DNA of 40,002 nucleotides, taken from NCBI GenBank assembly GCA_021432655.1, contig MU271607.1, forward strand, positions 1-40,002. The letters are read 5' to 3'. The notes below the pieces were generated by a model, which ran no database searches, was not told where the DNA came from, and saw only the letters and a program-made list of their open reading frames with translations. Position numbers and translations under genes: made by a program. The first letter of the stretch is position 1. Each line of letters begins with the position of its first letter. Source of the stretch: Atractiella rhizophila (lineage: Eukaryota). Below, in pieces: positions 11,304 through 23,332 of the stretch.

Positions 11304-14300
11304 ATGGTGTCTAAGTCCCACAGGCGTCTTGACTTGAGGAAGGCCAATTTGGCGGCTGTTCAAGGTGCGATGTCCTTCCACGAGCGTGCACTTTGTATCT
11401 GACGCCTATTCGTTGGTAGATGTTCCCTCCACCCCACCGCTTGGTAGCTCAAAGCTCGACTCCTCTCTTAAACGCCACACTGCTCTCATTAAAAAGCTCA
11501 AAACTTCCCTCCACAGCGCTCCGTCGGCGGAGTTCATTAAAGAGATCAAAGGGTTGACCATAATGAAATACATGGAGGAAGTCGTCAGTGCGGTCGTGGA
11601 GGGCACGGGGAAATGTAGGAAGGAAGGAGAGGTGCAAGGAGCTGTCGAGGTGCGTTTCCACTCAACTTGACTTGAAATGGAGCGACGCGGAACTGTTTCC
11701 GTTACGTCCATTCATAACCACCTGGGTTGTTTCAATGTCCAAGCATAAGCCCCCCTGTCTGTCACATCCATTAGGTATGCTGCCATTGATGGGCTGCTCT
11801 CTCGAATATAACCGGGCTTCCCGACATTCTTCATGGCCTGTCAATAATTAATGCGCGCGCAGGAGAATAATACGCGCCATTCACTATGCTTGCCAACCGT
11901 GAGAACGCTGCGTTATTCTCGAAAAGTGACTAGCCTCGCTAAAGCCCTCAGGACCGTTGATCCTGACACGCTCCATGTCAATTCTACAAAGTCTCACTAA
12001 ATTAGCCAAGACCGGCAGCTAACAGAATTATGTAGGTCATGTCCGCGATGCACCAACGCTTTCCAACACTGTTCACGCCGCCATTAACCGCAAACTTCCT
12101 CTCTCTTCTGGCACCCAGCAAAGCCTCCACTAGTGCAGCGCCTGAACAACGAGAGAAGGAAGATACCGCAAGAGTTTCTCGCCAACGAGTACTTCTACGC
12201 ATTTTCGCAGAACTCGAGCTCGTAGCTTTGGTGGTGATGCCCACTGGACCAACGAAGAACGAGGGCGAAAACACATTTCAGATCATCAAAGAACTCGTAT
12301 GTCGTCCTCTTCCCAGAATCACCAGAGAAGAGCTAATAATGCAATTATTGGTGTAAAGTTGACGGCAGACAAGGAGGCGCTCCTCCTTTCCATTCCTGTA
12401 GCTACGGCTTTCGCAAAGCAATTGGGCAATCTATTCCTTCCAAGCAGTGCAGACAACCCCCCTCTTGTTGATGATGCAGACAATTCACTTGGAGACGAAG
12501 ATATCATCCCCGTTCCCATGAAAGAAAAGTTCAAGAAACTTTTCACGCAGTATTATGATGCTCTAAGCAGGAGGGCTGTCAAAGAGAACCTTGTTCGCTA
12601 TCCAGTTGTTCGTACGGCTTAGGCTGACTGGTTTGAATCAGTTCATGAAGGAAACGGACCGCCGGAATCACGAAGCATACATTCGCTCAGGTCAAATTTT
12701 CGAGGATCGAGCTCAGAGTTACGAGACTCTGGCCAAGTCCTTTGAGAAGCTATGGGCTGGCGTGACGAGGTTTGTTCTCCGCCTCTATCGAACACAATCT
12801 ACAGCCTGAATATGTACCTGCAGCCTCTCAGAAGTCTTGGGAACATCCGTGCCTGAGCTGCCTTCCCTTCCTTCAACGACAATTACTTCTACTATTTCTT
12901 TTGGAGGCTCTACTGGTGGACCGACCGAAGGAGAAGGTGTGGGTAGCATCTGGGCTGATGAAGAAGAGCGAAAGTTTTACGAGGACATCGTGGACCTCAA
13001 AGGCGAAGTTCCTGGGAGCGTCCTTGTTTCCACCCAACAACCGCAGACCAGTAATGCACCAGCCAAACCTACTTCCGTCCCAGAACCTATCAAGGCAGAA
13101 GAGGCAGAAGACGACGATGACGCGTACGTTTTCCAGACCTCGTTCAGTCACCAAATTGAACTTGCATTTGGACAGACCCCCAACCTTAAAAGAAGATCCT
13201 GAGGAAGCTCTCCCTCCCGCACCCGCCGCACAGTTGCAAGCTATACTCGCCCGACTGCCAGAGTGTACAAGTCGAGCAACCATCGACAAAGCTGCTGTTG
13301 ATTTCGCTTTCTTGAATAGCAAACCGGCGAGAAAACGCCTGACAAGAGTACGTATTGGACGAAATGTTTGAATCAAGCTTAACACCCAACAGTTCTTAGC
13401 ATCCGTTAGCAGGAATCGTACCGACTTGTTGCCGTACTATGCTCGGCTGACAGCGACGCTGAGCAAGTATATGCCGGATATTGGGAGTGGGTTGATTGCT
13501 GCAGTGAGTTAACACCTTTCCGTTGACACTGATTTTGATTATTCCGTGAAGCTAGAAGACGAATTCCGCTACCTGCAAAGGAAAAAAAGCGTCAATCTTG
13601 CTGAAACGAGAGCGAAGGTTAGTACATCCTTGTGCATCACTTGTCGCGGCTGAAGCAACGTAGAACACGCGCTACCTTGCAGAGCTCACCAAATTCAAGA
13701 TCACGCCAAACCATCTCATCCTTTTCTGCATCAAGTCGTGTGTCGATGACCTTACCGGACCCAATGTTGACAATCTCTGTAATCTCCTGGAAGGCTCTGG
13801 TCGCTTCTTACTAAAATCTGAAGCGACTGGAGAGAAGACTGCTTCCCTGGTTGGTATTCTGACTCTACTATATGTAGCAAAGATTCATGAGGCCCGAATA
13901 GTTGGAGGTGATGAAACGGAAAAAGGCGGCTCAAAATTTCACCCATCAGCAAATAACTATGTTGGAAAATGCTTATTACCAGGTTAGTAGTGACGACAAT
14001 GTGTGCGACAAGCTCATAAGCTCGTTCAGTGCGATCCGCCAGACAGAGTCGTTATCCCGCCAAAGGAAAGAACGCCAATGGAACTGTTTCTGCGACACCT
14101 GTTTTTCAATGTCTTGACTAAAAAGACGATCGACTCTGTGATAAAGACGTTGAGAAAGATGCATTGGGAGGATCCCAAGGTAAGCGTTAATTTAGACCCC
14201 GATATGCAGCTCAGCTCCGTGCAGATATTTCAGTTGCTTGTGTCGCACTTTACGAAAGTTTGGAAAGCTAAATTCAGCAATATTCATCTGTTCGCTATCC

Positions 14301-15839
14301 TTCTTCATGATTTATCAAAGTTTCATCCGGACTTTCACGTTGTGGTCGTCGATCAAGTGCTGGAGAACCTAAAAGTCGGTATGGAAGTATGTAACTTTTT
14401 AAACGTCTCTACACAGTCTTATTTCTCTCTCAAGGTCAATAACTTTAAATACAATCAGCAGAGGATCGCCACCATCAAGTACATTGGCGAGATGTACAAC
14501 TATCGCGTTATCGATTCGAAAGTCGTTCTCGATGTGCTCTGGACCCTCACTATGTTTGGACATCGTGTGTCTCGACTTTGCGTCCCTAACCTGATTAAAT
14601 GCTATTTCCAGCTGGAAATCGCCCATCACCTGAGGATCCTTCTTTACGAGATGCCGCCGATGATTTCTTTAGAGTCCGGTTGACGTGCACTCTTCTGGAC
14701 ACTTGCGGATCATGCTTTGATCGAGGACAGCTCAGAAAGAAGCTTGACCATTTTCTCATCTTCTTCCAGGTAGTTCCCTTTCACTGCTTGAACATACCAT
14801 TCTAACAATATATGCCTCAGATGTACATTCTTGCGAAGCAAACTCCACCAATGGATGTCGGCTTTATGATCAACGACACTTTTGATGTTAGTTCGTTTAT
14901 CTTCCGGTCCCGTCGACTAACGATGTCAGCTAGTCATTACGCCCCAAGATGACGATGATGAAGACATACGAGGAAGCTTCGAATGCAGTAGACAACATGG
15001 TTGCCGCTAATCAGGCTGCCGTAGAATCCCACGAGCCTGGTGTGTAACATCATGCAGTTCGGCGTGATCTCACAGCATTTTAGCTGAAGAAGAGCTCGAT
15101 GACGATGCATCAGATGGAGAAGTCGATATTGCCAGTGATCCCATGGAACTAGCTTCAGACAGCGAGTCAAGCGATGAAGCTGAAGAAGACGTATGTGATT
15201 ATTCTTGGCCATACAATTAATCTGAAATCCGGTATGCGTAGCCTGATGCTCATGAGGCCGAAAGGGACGAGAGTGAAGACGAAGACGAGATGGAAATTGG
15301 TCGAAACACCTCCTACGGTCCTACTGTCGAGGATGAAGAGGAATTCGAAAGGGAACTGGCGAAGATGATGATTGACACTAGTGACTCTAGGAAGGCCGCG
15401 AATGAAAAGAGAACGGCCCTCGCAGATGTGGCGTTGCCTGTTTGGAAGAAAAAAGAAAAGATCCGGGATGAAGAACTGGATGATGAGGAGGATGGGCTTC
15501 AACACATGAAGTTCACGGTATTGACGAAGAAAGGGAACAAAAATCAGGTATGCTATTCTTCCCTCGATTCGACAAAATGCTAATTAGTTGCAGACACGGA
15601 CGCTGCAAGTACCTGTTGATAGTGCTATCGCTGTACACACTCGAAGCAAACAAGAGCAAGTGAGGGCAGAACAGCAGCAGCTCAAGAAGCTTGTCTTGGA
15701 GTTCGAAGAAAGAGAGGAAGCTCAGGAGAAGAAGAGTGAGTGATGCAGATGACTTGGGCTTTTTTGACAACGTCTTTCAGGTCTGCAAGAAAGTATGGCG
15801 AAGAGAGGTATCAGAATCAAGTACGGTGAACCAGCATAA
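11304..15839 (+). CDS. UPF2: Nonsense-mediated decay factor Upf2/Nmd2 (three MIF4G domains plus acidic C-terminus), more than 20 exons
   Basis: LDSSLKRHTALIKKLK; IWADEEERKFYEDIVDL; IDKAAVDFAFLNSKPARKRL; MLENAYYQCDPP; NNFKYNQQRIATIKYIGEMYNYRVIDS; DDFFRVRLTCTLLDTCGSCF; EEFERELAKMM; FTVLTKKGNKNQTRTLQVPVDS. Ends GEPA* at 15839. Confidence 0.94.
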
Positions 15840-16337
15840 CACTGAATAACTCGCTCTCGCTATCACTTTGCCGGTCGCACCCATTCCTTACAGGCACAAT
15901 GATGTCGTAAGCCGTGCAAACATCTGAAGCAATGCTCGGCGTCCACACTTCATGAACAGATGAGAGACAGGTGTTGGTAGTCTCTACCATTGGTTAGACT
16001 TACAGTGATGGTGGTGACGAAATCAAGTTTAGGCATGACATACCTGGCGAGGTAAAATTATAGAGTGAGCTGTGATGCAAATGAGCAAGAGCTACCTATT
16101 TTATCCGCACACAGATTCCTTGTTAAAATTGAGAGAGAGATCCAGGCACTAGTATTCAAGCATAGTTTGAATGGCAATAGGTGAACGGGGCACAGAGCTC
16201 GAATCATAGATCGCTCTTAAGAAATTAAAGCTGGTTGTAGTACAGTGTGACTGAAAGGCGGGCTCACTCACTGCTGGGTGACCATTTGTGATTTGTGAGC
16301 ATATTGGCGCTTCGTTACCACTTGGGAAGCAGAACAA

Positions 16338-17711
16338 ATGCAGAAACCCTTGAACGATCATCACCTTGACAGTCACGGTGTAGTAGCCAGTGTGGTACCA
16401 CCGCTCTCAGCAGCAGAGTATGCCTTCTGTGCCTCCATCCCCAAGCTCGAAGTCCATGCACATCTGAACGGCTCCATCCCACGATCTACTATCGCTGAGC
16501 TCAAAGAAAAGTTCTTGGAGGAAAATGGAGTTGAAGGGAATGAGGACCTCGTCAGCTGGGACCTTGACGAATTCACCATGGAGAAGATTGATGAGTGCGT
16601 GCCCAGGTGTCCTTTATGACTTTCGCAGTGCTAACGTCGTCGTGGGTGTATGATGACATAGCTTCTTTCCACTCTTCAGCTCCAAGATCTATCGTCTGAC
16701 GTCTTCTCCTTCCCTCCTCGCTCATGCCACCGCGGCAGTTTTGGACTACTTTCAATCCCACAATGTCGCCTATCTGGAACTCCGTTCTACTCCTCGTCTT
16801 TTTGCCAACTTGGATTCCTTTCTGCCTTACATCCAGACGATTCTCTCGTCCATCTCTGATTTCGCGGCCACAACCTCTCAAAAATATCGCCCATGGAAGA
16901 TGGTCACGAAACTGGTCCTCAGCGTCGATCGTCGTCATTCCATGTCTACTGCCTCTCAGATCATAGACGCTGCCATCATGCTCAAAAATCAGGGAGAGCC
17001 TGTTGTTGGCATTGACTTATGCGGAGATCCGAGATCAGGAGATCCAGTAGCTTTCAGGGAGTTATTCCTGAAAGCGAAGCACGCTGGATTGGGGACCACA
17101 GTACACTTTGCTGAGGTTCGTCTTTACGTCGTCAGTCTTGTGTCGCTTCGTACGCAAGATACATGATGTATTCAGTCCGCTGAGTTGAGGTTGAATAATA
17201 GATTCCTGATCCTCCTTCTGGCTTGGATTCAGATATGGAAGCACTTCGGTGCCTCACACCTGACCGTTTAGGCCATGGCACATACATTCACCGCTCATTG
17301 TCGACAGAACAGTGGGTGCTAGACTCTAAACAGAGGATTGCGATAGAGATGTGCATCACTTCGAACGTGTTTTGCGGCACGGTTGCATCGTTGGAAGAAC
17401 ATCATGTTCGATGGGCTATTCAGAATGAAGTGCCCATCCTCATTTGTGTGAGAGTTGTTTCTTTTGTTAACGGAGTGGGTGATAACTACCCTTTACCACA
17501 ACAGACGGACGATTCGCTGGTTTTCCGATGCTCACCAACAGACGAGTACTCCCTCGTGCTCAGCCTGATACCTGGGGCAGGACATGCGAGGAGAAAGGTG
17601 CTAATGGACATCCTGTCTCGTGGCGTTGAGCATCTGTTCTGCGACGAAGAAGAAAAGCAGTCTATCAAGCGATTGATCGAGAGTGTACCGTCAAGCCTTG
17701 AAGCGAATTGA
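16338..17711 (+). CDS. ADAL: Adenosine deaminase-like protein (ADAL/MAPDA-type, putative N6-methyl-AMP deaminase)
   Basis: PKLEVHAHLNGSI, YLELRSTPR, VGIDLCGDP, TVHFAE, PDRLGHGT, IEMCITSN, ILICTDD. The HAHLNGS and LELRSTPR motifs are typical of ADAL rather than classical ADA. Confidence 0.82.
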
Positions 17712-17863
17712 GGTGAGGCTGACAGAAACCAGAGGCATGTGTACATGCGTCAAGGTGGATTCATCTGTTTACAGAATATTTACAGGTCATTCTATACACA
17801 AGACGGAAATGTAAGCAGTATTTCATATATCTCGAAAAATGAGTATGGTTGTTGGATATCATG

Positions 17864-18928
17864 TTACTCGGAATCCTGATGAGTTCCTTTCGACACTGCA
17901 CTCCTCGTGTTCATGGCCGGTACGTCCTGATCCATCATGTTCACCTTCGCTTTCTTCTTAGGCGGTTCTCTTGCGACAAGAGACTCAGGGTTGTCGTCAG
18001 CCTGAAGCAAGCAAGACATCAGCGGTGTCTTCAAGCTATACCTAAGTACAAACCGCCTAGTCAACGGCGTTACCCTCTTCGTCATCTTCGCCGTTGCTAT
18101 TAGCTTTAACGCTCGTTTGCGTTTTTTCGAAACCTTTGTCGTCTTAGAATGCGTGGCATCGACATTGCAGAGAAAGAATCAAACCTCTTTGGCGCCATTG
18201 GCTTCGTAGTTTTCGGAGGAGCTTTCTTCCTCCTCTTCTTCAACATCGTCCGTGATATCCTGTAAGTGTGTCAACTTTGACGAATATCGTCCAAGATTGC
18301 GGCTGGCGTGACTAACCTCAGACTCATAAGCGTCTTCTTCTTCGACTACCTTTCCGATTTGGTCCTGATGCCCCCGACCGTTACTCAGTTTTCCTGAGAA
18401 GATAGGATACCGTACGTACCTTTTCCACATCCTCCTCATCCACAACGTGACCATCAACGTCGATTACGTCCTCTTCACCTCCTTCCTCGCTTTCCCGAAC
18501 CACGTCCTCCTTCCTGCCCAATTTCGCTTTTTTCTCTTCGACACTCTTCCCTGTGCTCTCCAAATCCACCTCGTTCAATTCGCTCGCTCTCTTCAGTACA
18601 TCCACCTAAGCACAGCACAGCCAAACACAGTCCAATCAGTGACTGCTTGCATCCATGAAATCCAATCAGACTCACGCCTTTGGGTGTTGTGATGTGCACG
18701 GCAGGGTTCTCCGCGTCGCCCTTCTTCGTAACTCTCGTGTTGTTCTTGCTCGTGATCGTCTTTGGCGTTTCGTCCACCGAGACAACTTTCCCTGTTGGAG
18801 TAGAGTCTGGAAGTGTAGCGTTTAGTAAGTGATGATATTGGTTGGGGATCTGGGTGAGACAGTTACGCACGACCCCAGTTCCAGGAGACTTCTTCCCCTG
18901 GTTGAAGCTCAGATGCTGGCTTGACCAT
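17864..18928 (-). CDS. Hva1/DUF2945 TUDOR-like domain protein with an acidic low-complexity tail (3' exons uncertain)
   Basis: MVKPASELQPGEEVSWNWG..PTGKVVSVDETPKTITSKNNTRVTKKGDAENPAVHITTPK..DVLKRASEL matches the recalled fungal Hva1_TUDOR pattern (VSWNWG..G.V....NPAV..I....VLK.ASEL). Confidence 0.7.
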
Positions 18929-19339
18929 GTTGGAAGAAATGGAGTGGATTTGTTTATGGCGAAAATGTACGTCCTGGTTGGGCGGAGAGGTTTTGCCAGT
19001 GCTCGTTTTATAGACTTGGAAATATGGCTGTAAGGGACCTCCTAAGGCTGGTCTCGCAAATCGAGATAAGTAGAGGCTCCCTCATATCTAGCCATGATAT
19101 CATTCGTGCCACTTCTGGGTTCAAAACAACAGCCGACAGCGACGATAATCTATCAAGTTGAGACAATAGATGTGTTATGTATGTAAAGCCCTTGTGCTGC
19201 TGTAAAGCTATATGAAGCATAAAGGAAGGAAGGGTCCTAGTTTGGCCATCTGTCATGAAAGGACAACAATGACGTCACGTGTAGAATGTAGAGAAAGACT
19301 ACACGTCGTCTCTCTAATCCTTCTCTAATCTCCTCCTCC

Positions 19340-19911
19340 ATGTCCGACTCTCCTCCATCAAGCCTCCCACCCCCACCAACGCTTCCCACCACCAACACAA
19401 CCTGGCGGGACGTCTCAGCATCCAAGCTCTCCTGGACGAGCGCGAAACGCGACCCCTGCGTCGTCGGCCCGCTGCTGTACGGCCTCGTGGGGGGGACGAC
19501 GGTGGGTGTCGGGACGCTCATCTTTAGTCGACGGGGTGCGTCTTCATTGTTACATCCGTCTCGTGCGCTCTGTGAGGCGGGAGGTGATGAGAGGTTAGTG
19601 TAGGGTCGAGACCTTTGAGGACTTTTAGCAACTTTGCGATTCCGACGGGTGCGCTTGTCGCGACTGTTTCTTGGTGTGTTTTACCTTTTCTGTCTGTGTT
19701 TGCGGAGTAGATCGGTTCGTTGAATGGTGGGTGGGACAGGTATGGATGTCGACGGAAGATGTTGATTGAGAGACAGAAGATGGAGGCTTTGAAAGACATG
19801 TATCGGTTGGCTAATTTGAAGAAGAAAGAGAAAGAGGAGGCGGAGAGGAGGGAGCGGGAGCGGTTGGCGAGTTCGAAGGAGGAGACGAAGAAGAAAGGGT
19901 GGTTTTGGTAG
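19340..19911 (+). CDS. COX20: Cytochrome c oxidase assembly protein Cox20-like, 3 exons
   Basis: PC motif followed by a Gly-rich TM (PCVVGPLLYGLVGGTTVGVG), a second TM (SNFAIPTGALVATVSW|YGCRRK) and a charged coiled tail ending KKGWFW*. Confidence 0.7.
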
Positions 19912-20003
19912 CTTTACCGCTCGAACTTGCTTTGATATTATCATTATCAATTCTCTGCTCCATGTCATGTTGATGTTGCGAAACAAAGATGTTTGCATCG
20001 AGC

Positions 20004-20450
20004 TCAGTGTCGAGCATAAGGAAGCAGCCTCTTCAACTTCCAAATCTCGTATCCCTTCGCATAAACCCTCTCTCCCAGCCTATTCAAGCTCGCAGGACTC
20101 TTCTTGCTCGTCTTATGTCTCTTTCCCGCCCTCATCTACACCCAAAAGCCTCAACACGCATCCCAGGCAGGACCAAGAAGGGGGAAGAGACGCACACGCT
20201 TGAACTGCCCATTAGCAACGACGATGAACCGCTTCGCCGCTCCCTTGTGCGTCTTCAGCTTGTACTTTGTCGGCTTCCGGAGGAGGAAGGCGGGCGAAGA
20301 GCGGGAGAAGGAGCGTGAGCTGTGCGGCAGGGAGAAGGCGGCGGAGCGCGGGAGGGAGAGGGTGCGGAGGGAGAGGGACGGCAGGAGGGACGGCCGTAAT
20401 GCGCTGCTGAGGGAAAGCGCTGTGGAGGAAAGGCGCAGGAGAGGTAACAT
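20004..20450 (-). CDS. Mitochondrial ribosomal protein bL35-like, 2 exons
   Basis: Targeting presequence, then KYKLKTHKGAAKRFIVVANGQFKR|MRAGKRHKTSKKSPASLNRL..KLKRLLPYARH*. This is the L35 signature KTHKGAAKRF..AGKRH..LLPY. Confidence 0.85.
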
Positions 20451-20533
20451 GGTCGTTTTTTGTGAACTAGAAAGAGACTACAGCGGGTAGTGAGTAGCAT
20501 CTCCGATGCCGATGCCGATGCTGGTGAGCAAGG

Positions 20534-21269
20534 ATGTCGTTCAACAAGCCAAAGTATCAGTTCGAGACCGCCGATGAGATCGCGAGCATTTTGAAAGACC
20601 CAGAGAAGAGGAATGGGGTCGATTATGCCATTGTCGATGTGCGAGGTGAGCCTTTCCTTCTTTCTTTTACACCAAAATGTTCACTAAATATCAGCGCAAC
20701 AGATGATGATTACATTGTACGCGGCTCTGAGTTCTTGCGAAAGATGTTGAAGGAGAAGTAAGGGGGGCAACATTCCGGGCTGCAAACATGTCCCTTCGAT
20801 CGAGATCAAGGAGAGAATTGCTGATCTGACACAATCTCTCACAGATGGTTCGTTTTTGCCCATATCTTATATAACACTTGTTGATAGTTACTGTTGCAGT
20901 TCCGCTGGTTATTGTATGTCCTCTTGTGTGTTGTAAGTCACGCTGACTTGCTCTGTGCTCAAGTTCCACTGCGCTCTCTCCCGTCCGTGTCTTCTTCTTT
21001 TCATCCTCCAAACGAATCTTTGAGGCTTCTGAATGGTGACAGAGCAGCGGGGACCCAACGCTGCCCTCTTCTACGCCAACCAGCTTCCTCCGGAATCTGA
21101 ACAGAGGGTCGTGGTGCTGAGACATGGCTTTACTGGATGGCAGGCCAAATTCAAGGTGAGCCTTGTCACCATCAGACTTCGTACTTTGTGCAGGATATTT
21201 TGGCACTCATTGTGAGTGCAGGATGATCCAAAGTTGGTGGAGAACTATGATGCTAGATTTTGGACTTGA
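20534..21269 (+). CDS. Cdc25-like rhodanese phosphatase / arsenate reductase (Ych1/Ibp1/Acr2 family), several 14-20 nt exons
   Basis: YAIVDVR|DDDYI|GGNIPGCKHVPS..|VPLVI|FHCALS|QQRGPNAA..VVVLRHGFTGWQAKFK|DDPKLVENYD. The HC-x5-R active-site loop is split across short exons. Confidence 0.85.
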
Positions 21270-21355
21270 CCGTGATGAATTCAGTCTTAGAGAGTAAGAG
21301 ATGTCGTTAATAGCCAATGAAATGTTAGAAATGTACATTGCATACAGCACTAATT

Positions 21356-23155
21356 TTACCCAAAAACATCATCCACCTCCATCGCCCTCTTTTCCGCCTT
21401 CTCCAACTCCTCCTCTCTTTCCCTCCTCTCCTTCTCCTCCATTTTCATTTTATACCTCCAACGCATCATCAGCTCTTTTCCATTCCAAGAACGAACCAAA
21501 AAAAACTCACAAAGCAGAATTCGGATCCTTCTCCGGATTCATACACAACCTCAACTGCTTATCCACCGCTCTAACCGTCTCCAACTCCACCTTCCTCTCC
21601 TCCTGCTCCCTAATGCATCGTCCAATCTCCTCCAACAGAAGCTTCATCTCCTCGTTCCCCATTTCGACGTCTCCTTTCTGTGGCTTCAGCTCCTCTTTCG
21701 CCGCTAGCCATCTCCACGCCTCCTCTGGATCCACGAGCACGAAGGTGGCGAGCGCGATCTGGGAAGGGGAGTAGAGGAACTCTAGATCTGTCAATCTCGC
21801 ATGGGCCAGCAAGGCCTGAACATCGGTGAGGCTTTCATGGAGTTTCGAAGCTCTCGTCGGGTCAAGATCGAGGGACTACACCGAACGAACGAGAACGAGA
21901 ACGCGAACGAGAACACGAATGACGGTTGTCAGGTGTGGCAAAGGAGGAGAGAGGGGGGAGAGACGAACCTGCATGTCGAGGAAGAGACCGTAGGCGGCGG
22001 TGTGGGCATGGTGCACTTTGAATTGGAATCCGAGGGATTGACAGATTACGAATTCGAGCTTGAGGATCTGGACGAGCGAATGCTTAGCCCTGCACACAGA
22101 CGTGGATGTTTAGCCAGTTTGGTCTAGATTTTTTAAGAAACTTCTGTAAAAATTCTCTCTGAAATCGTGAGCTGTTGCACACTGTGGACCACCAACGTGT
22201 TCCTGATCGCCTAAATCATCTCGAATGCTTCAAATAGATTATTTTTTGAACGCAGGAGACTCCGTTGATTGGAAGCAAAGGTGGAGCAGTATCCACCACA
22301 TGAGCGCTTTCTTTTCATGCATTTTTTTGATACGAGAATAACGCTTCTTTCAGTTTGTGTGCTCGTCTTTCAGTTCAGAGACGATAACCCTGTATATTTC
22401 ATGCATGGTTCCCTTGCTCTCTAATACGAGTCAATCTCACTACCCAAGCAACAGGGGTAAACACGATATAACTTCTGCCAAACGTGATATTAAATAGAAG
22501 TTAATAAGACAGATGTTTCAGTACATCTATCATGCCAAGTTGTCTTAATCATTTTCCCCAACTCCAGCCTAGCAAATTTCGATATGCATCCAATAGAACG
22601 CGTTTATTTTTTGCACTGTCTACATATATGGATTGCACTTATACATCAAACAATCACCAAATTTTCTGGTGCAGCTCACCATTCCCTCGTACAAAGACAG
22701 AACAACAAAAGACGTACCTCTTCCCGATCAGCTCTAACCATGTCCGCAAATTTATCAGCCTCCACTATCCAATTCTCCGTCTTGGTGCTCAACCAGAGAC
22801 ACGTCAACATGATATTCTTAGGATGATAATCCATCGCCGTGTTCCTCAAATAGAACCGCTTCACATAACTGACCGCCGTCGCCTCCACAGTCTCTGGAAA
22901 GTTGAGGGCGTTGCTAATTTCTCGTATTTTAGACAGATAGAACGTTTGGAGGAGCAACAGCTCGTGAGGAGGTGGAGGATTGAAGGATATGGAGGAGGAG
23001 CCGCTGGAGAGGGAGGATTCGAGACGCATCGCGTTCGAGATGCGCGTCACGGCAGACGCGTGCGTTTCTTCCCGCGCCTTCTGGAGAGAGGGTGGCGTGA
23101 ATCGCCAGTGCAGGTACTGGCTGGACAGCTCGTACGTCGCGATTGGCATTGGCAT
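21356..23155 (-). CDS. CCL1: Cyclin H / Ccl1 / Mcs2 (TFIIK cyclin)
   Basis: YELSSQYLHWRFT; VEATAVSYVKRFYLRNTAMDYHPKNIMLTCLWLSTKTEN; |ILKLEFVICQSLGFQFKVHH; LTDLEFLYSPSQIALA; VDKQLRLCMNPEKDPNSALY; ends DDVFG*. Contains a 650-nt intron at 22068-22717. Confidence 0.9.
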
Positions 23156-23332
23156 CGTCGTTTCATTCTAGCTGTACTTTGACAGCGTTGCCGGAAGTCC
23201 GATACGGCCACTGCTGCATTTTCCGGCCATCTCAAAAATTCCTGATTGAAAGCGAAAGAAATCGACAAAAACGAGGTTCTACGTCTCTCCCTTCCAAAAG
23301 CTGCACGCCACCCAACTACCACAGTCACTCAC

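Noticed and set aside
15895..16060. Possible snoRNA or U1-like RNA (ATGATG..CTGA; ATACCTGGC)
   Set aside because: Box C is imperfect and the spacing too short. The U1 5' end ATACTTACCTG and its stem-loops are not present.
22532..23182. 216-aa plus ORF (likewise 8740-9357, 12873-13385, 21301-21774, 38063-38584)
   Set aside because: Antisense shadows of cyclin H, NDUFS7, UPF2 and the MED17-like gene.
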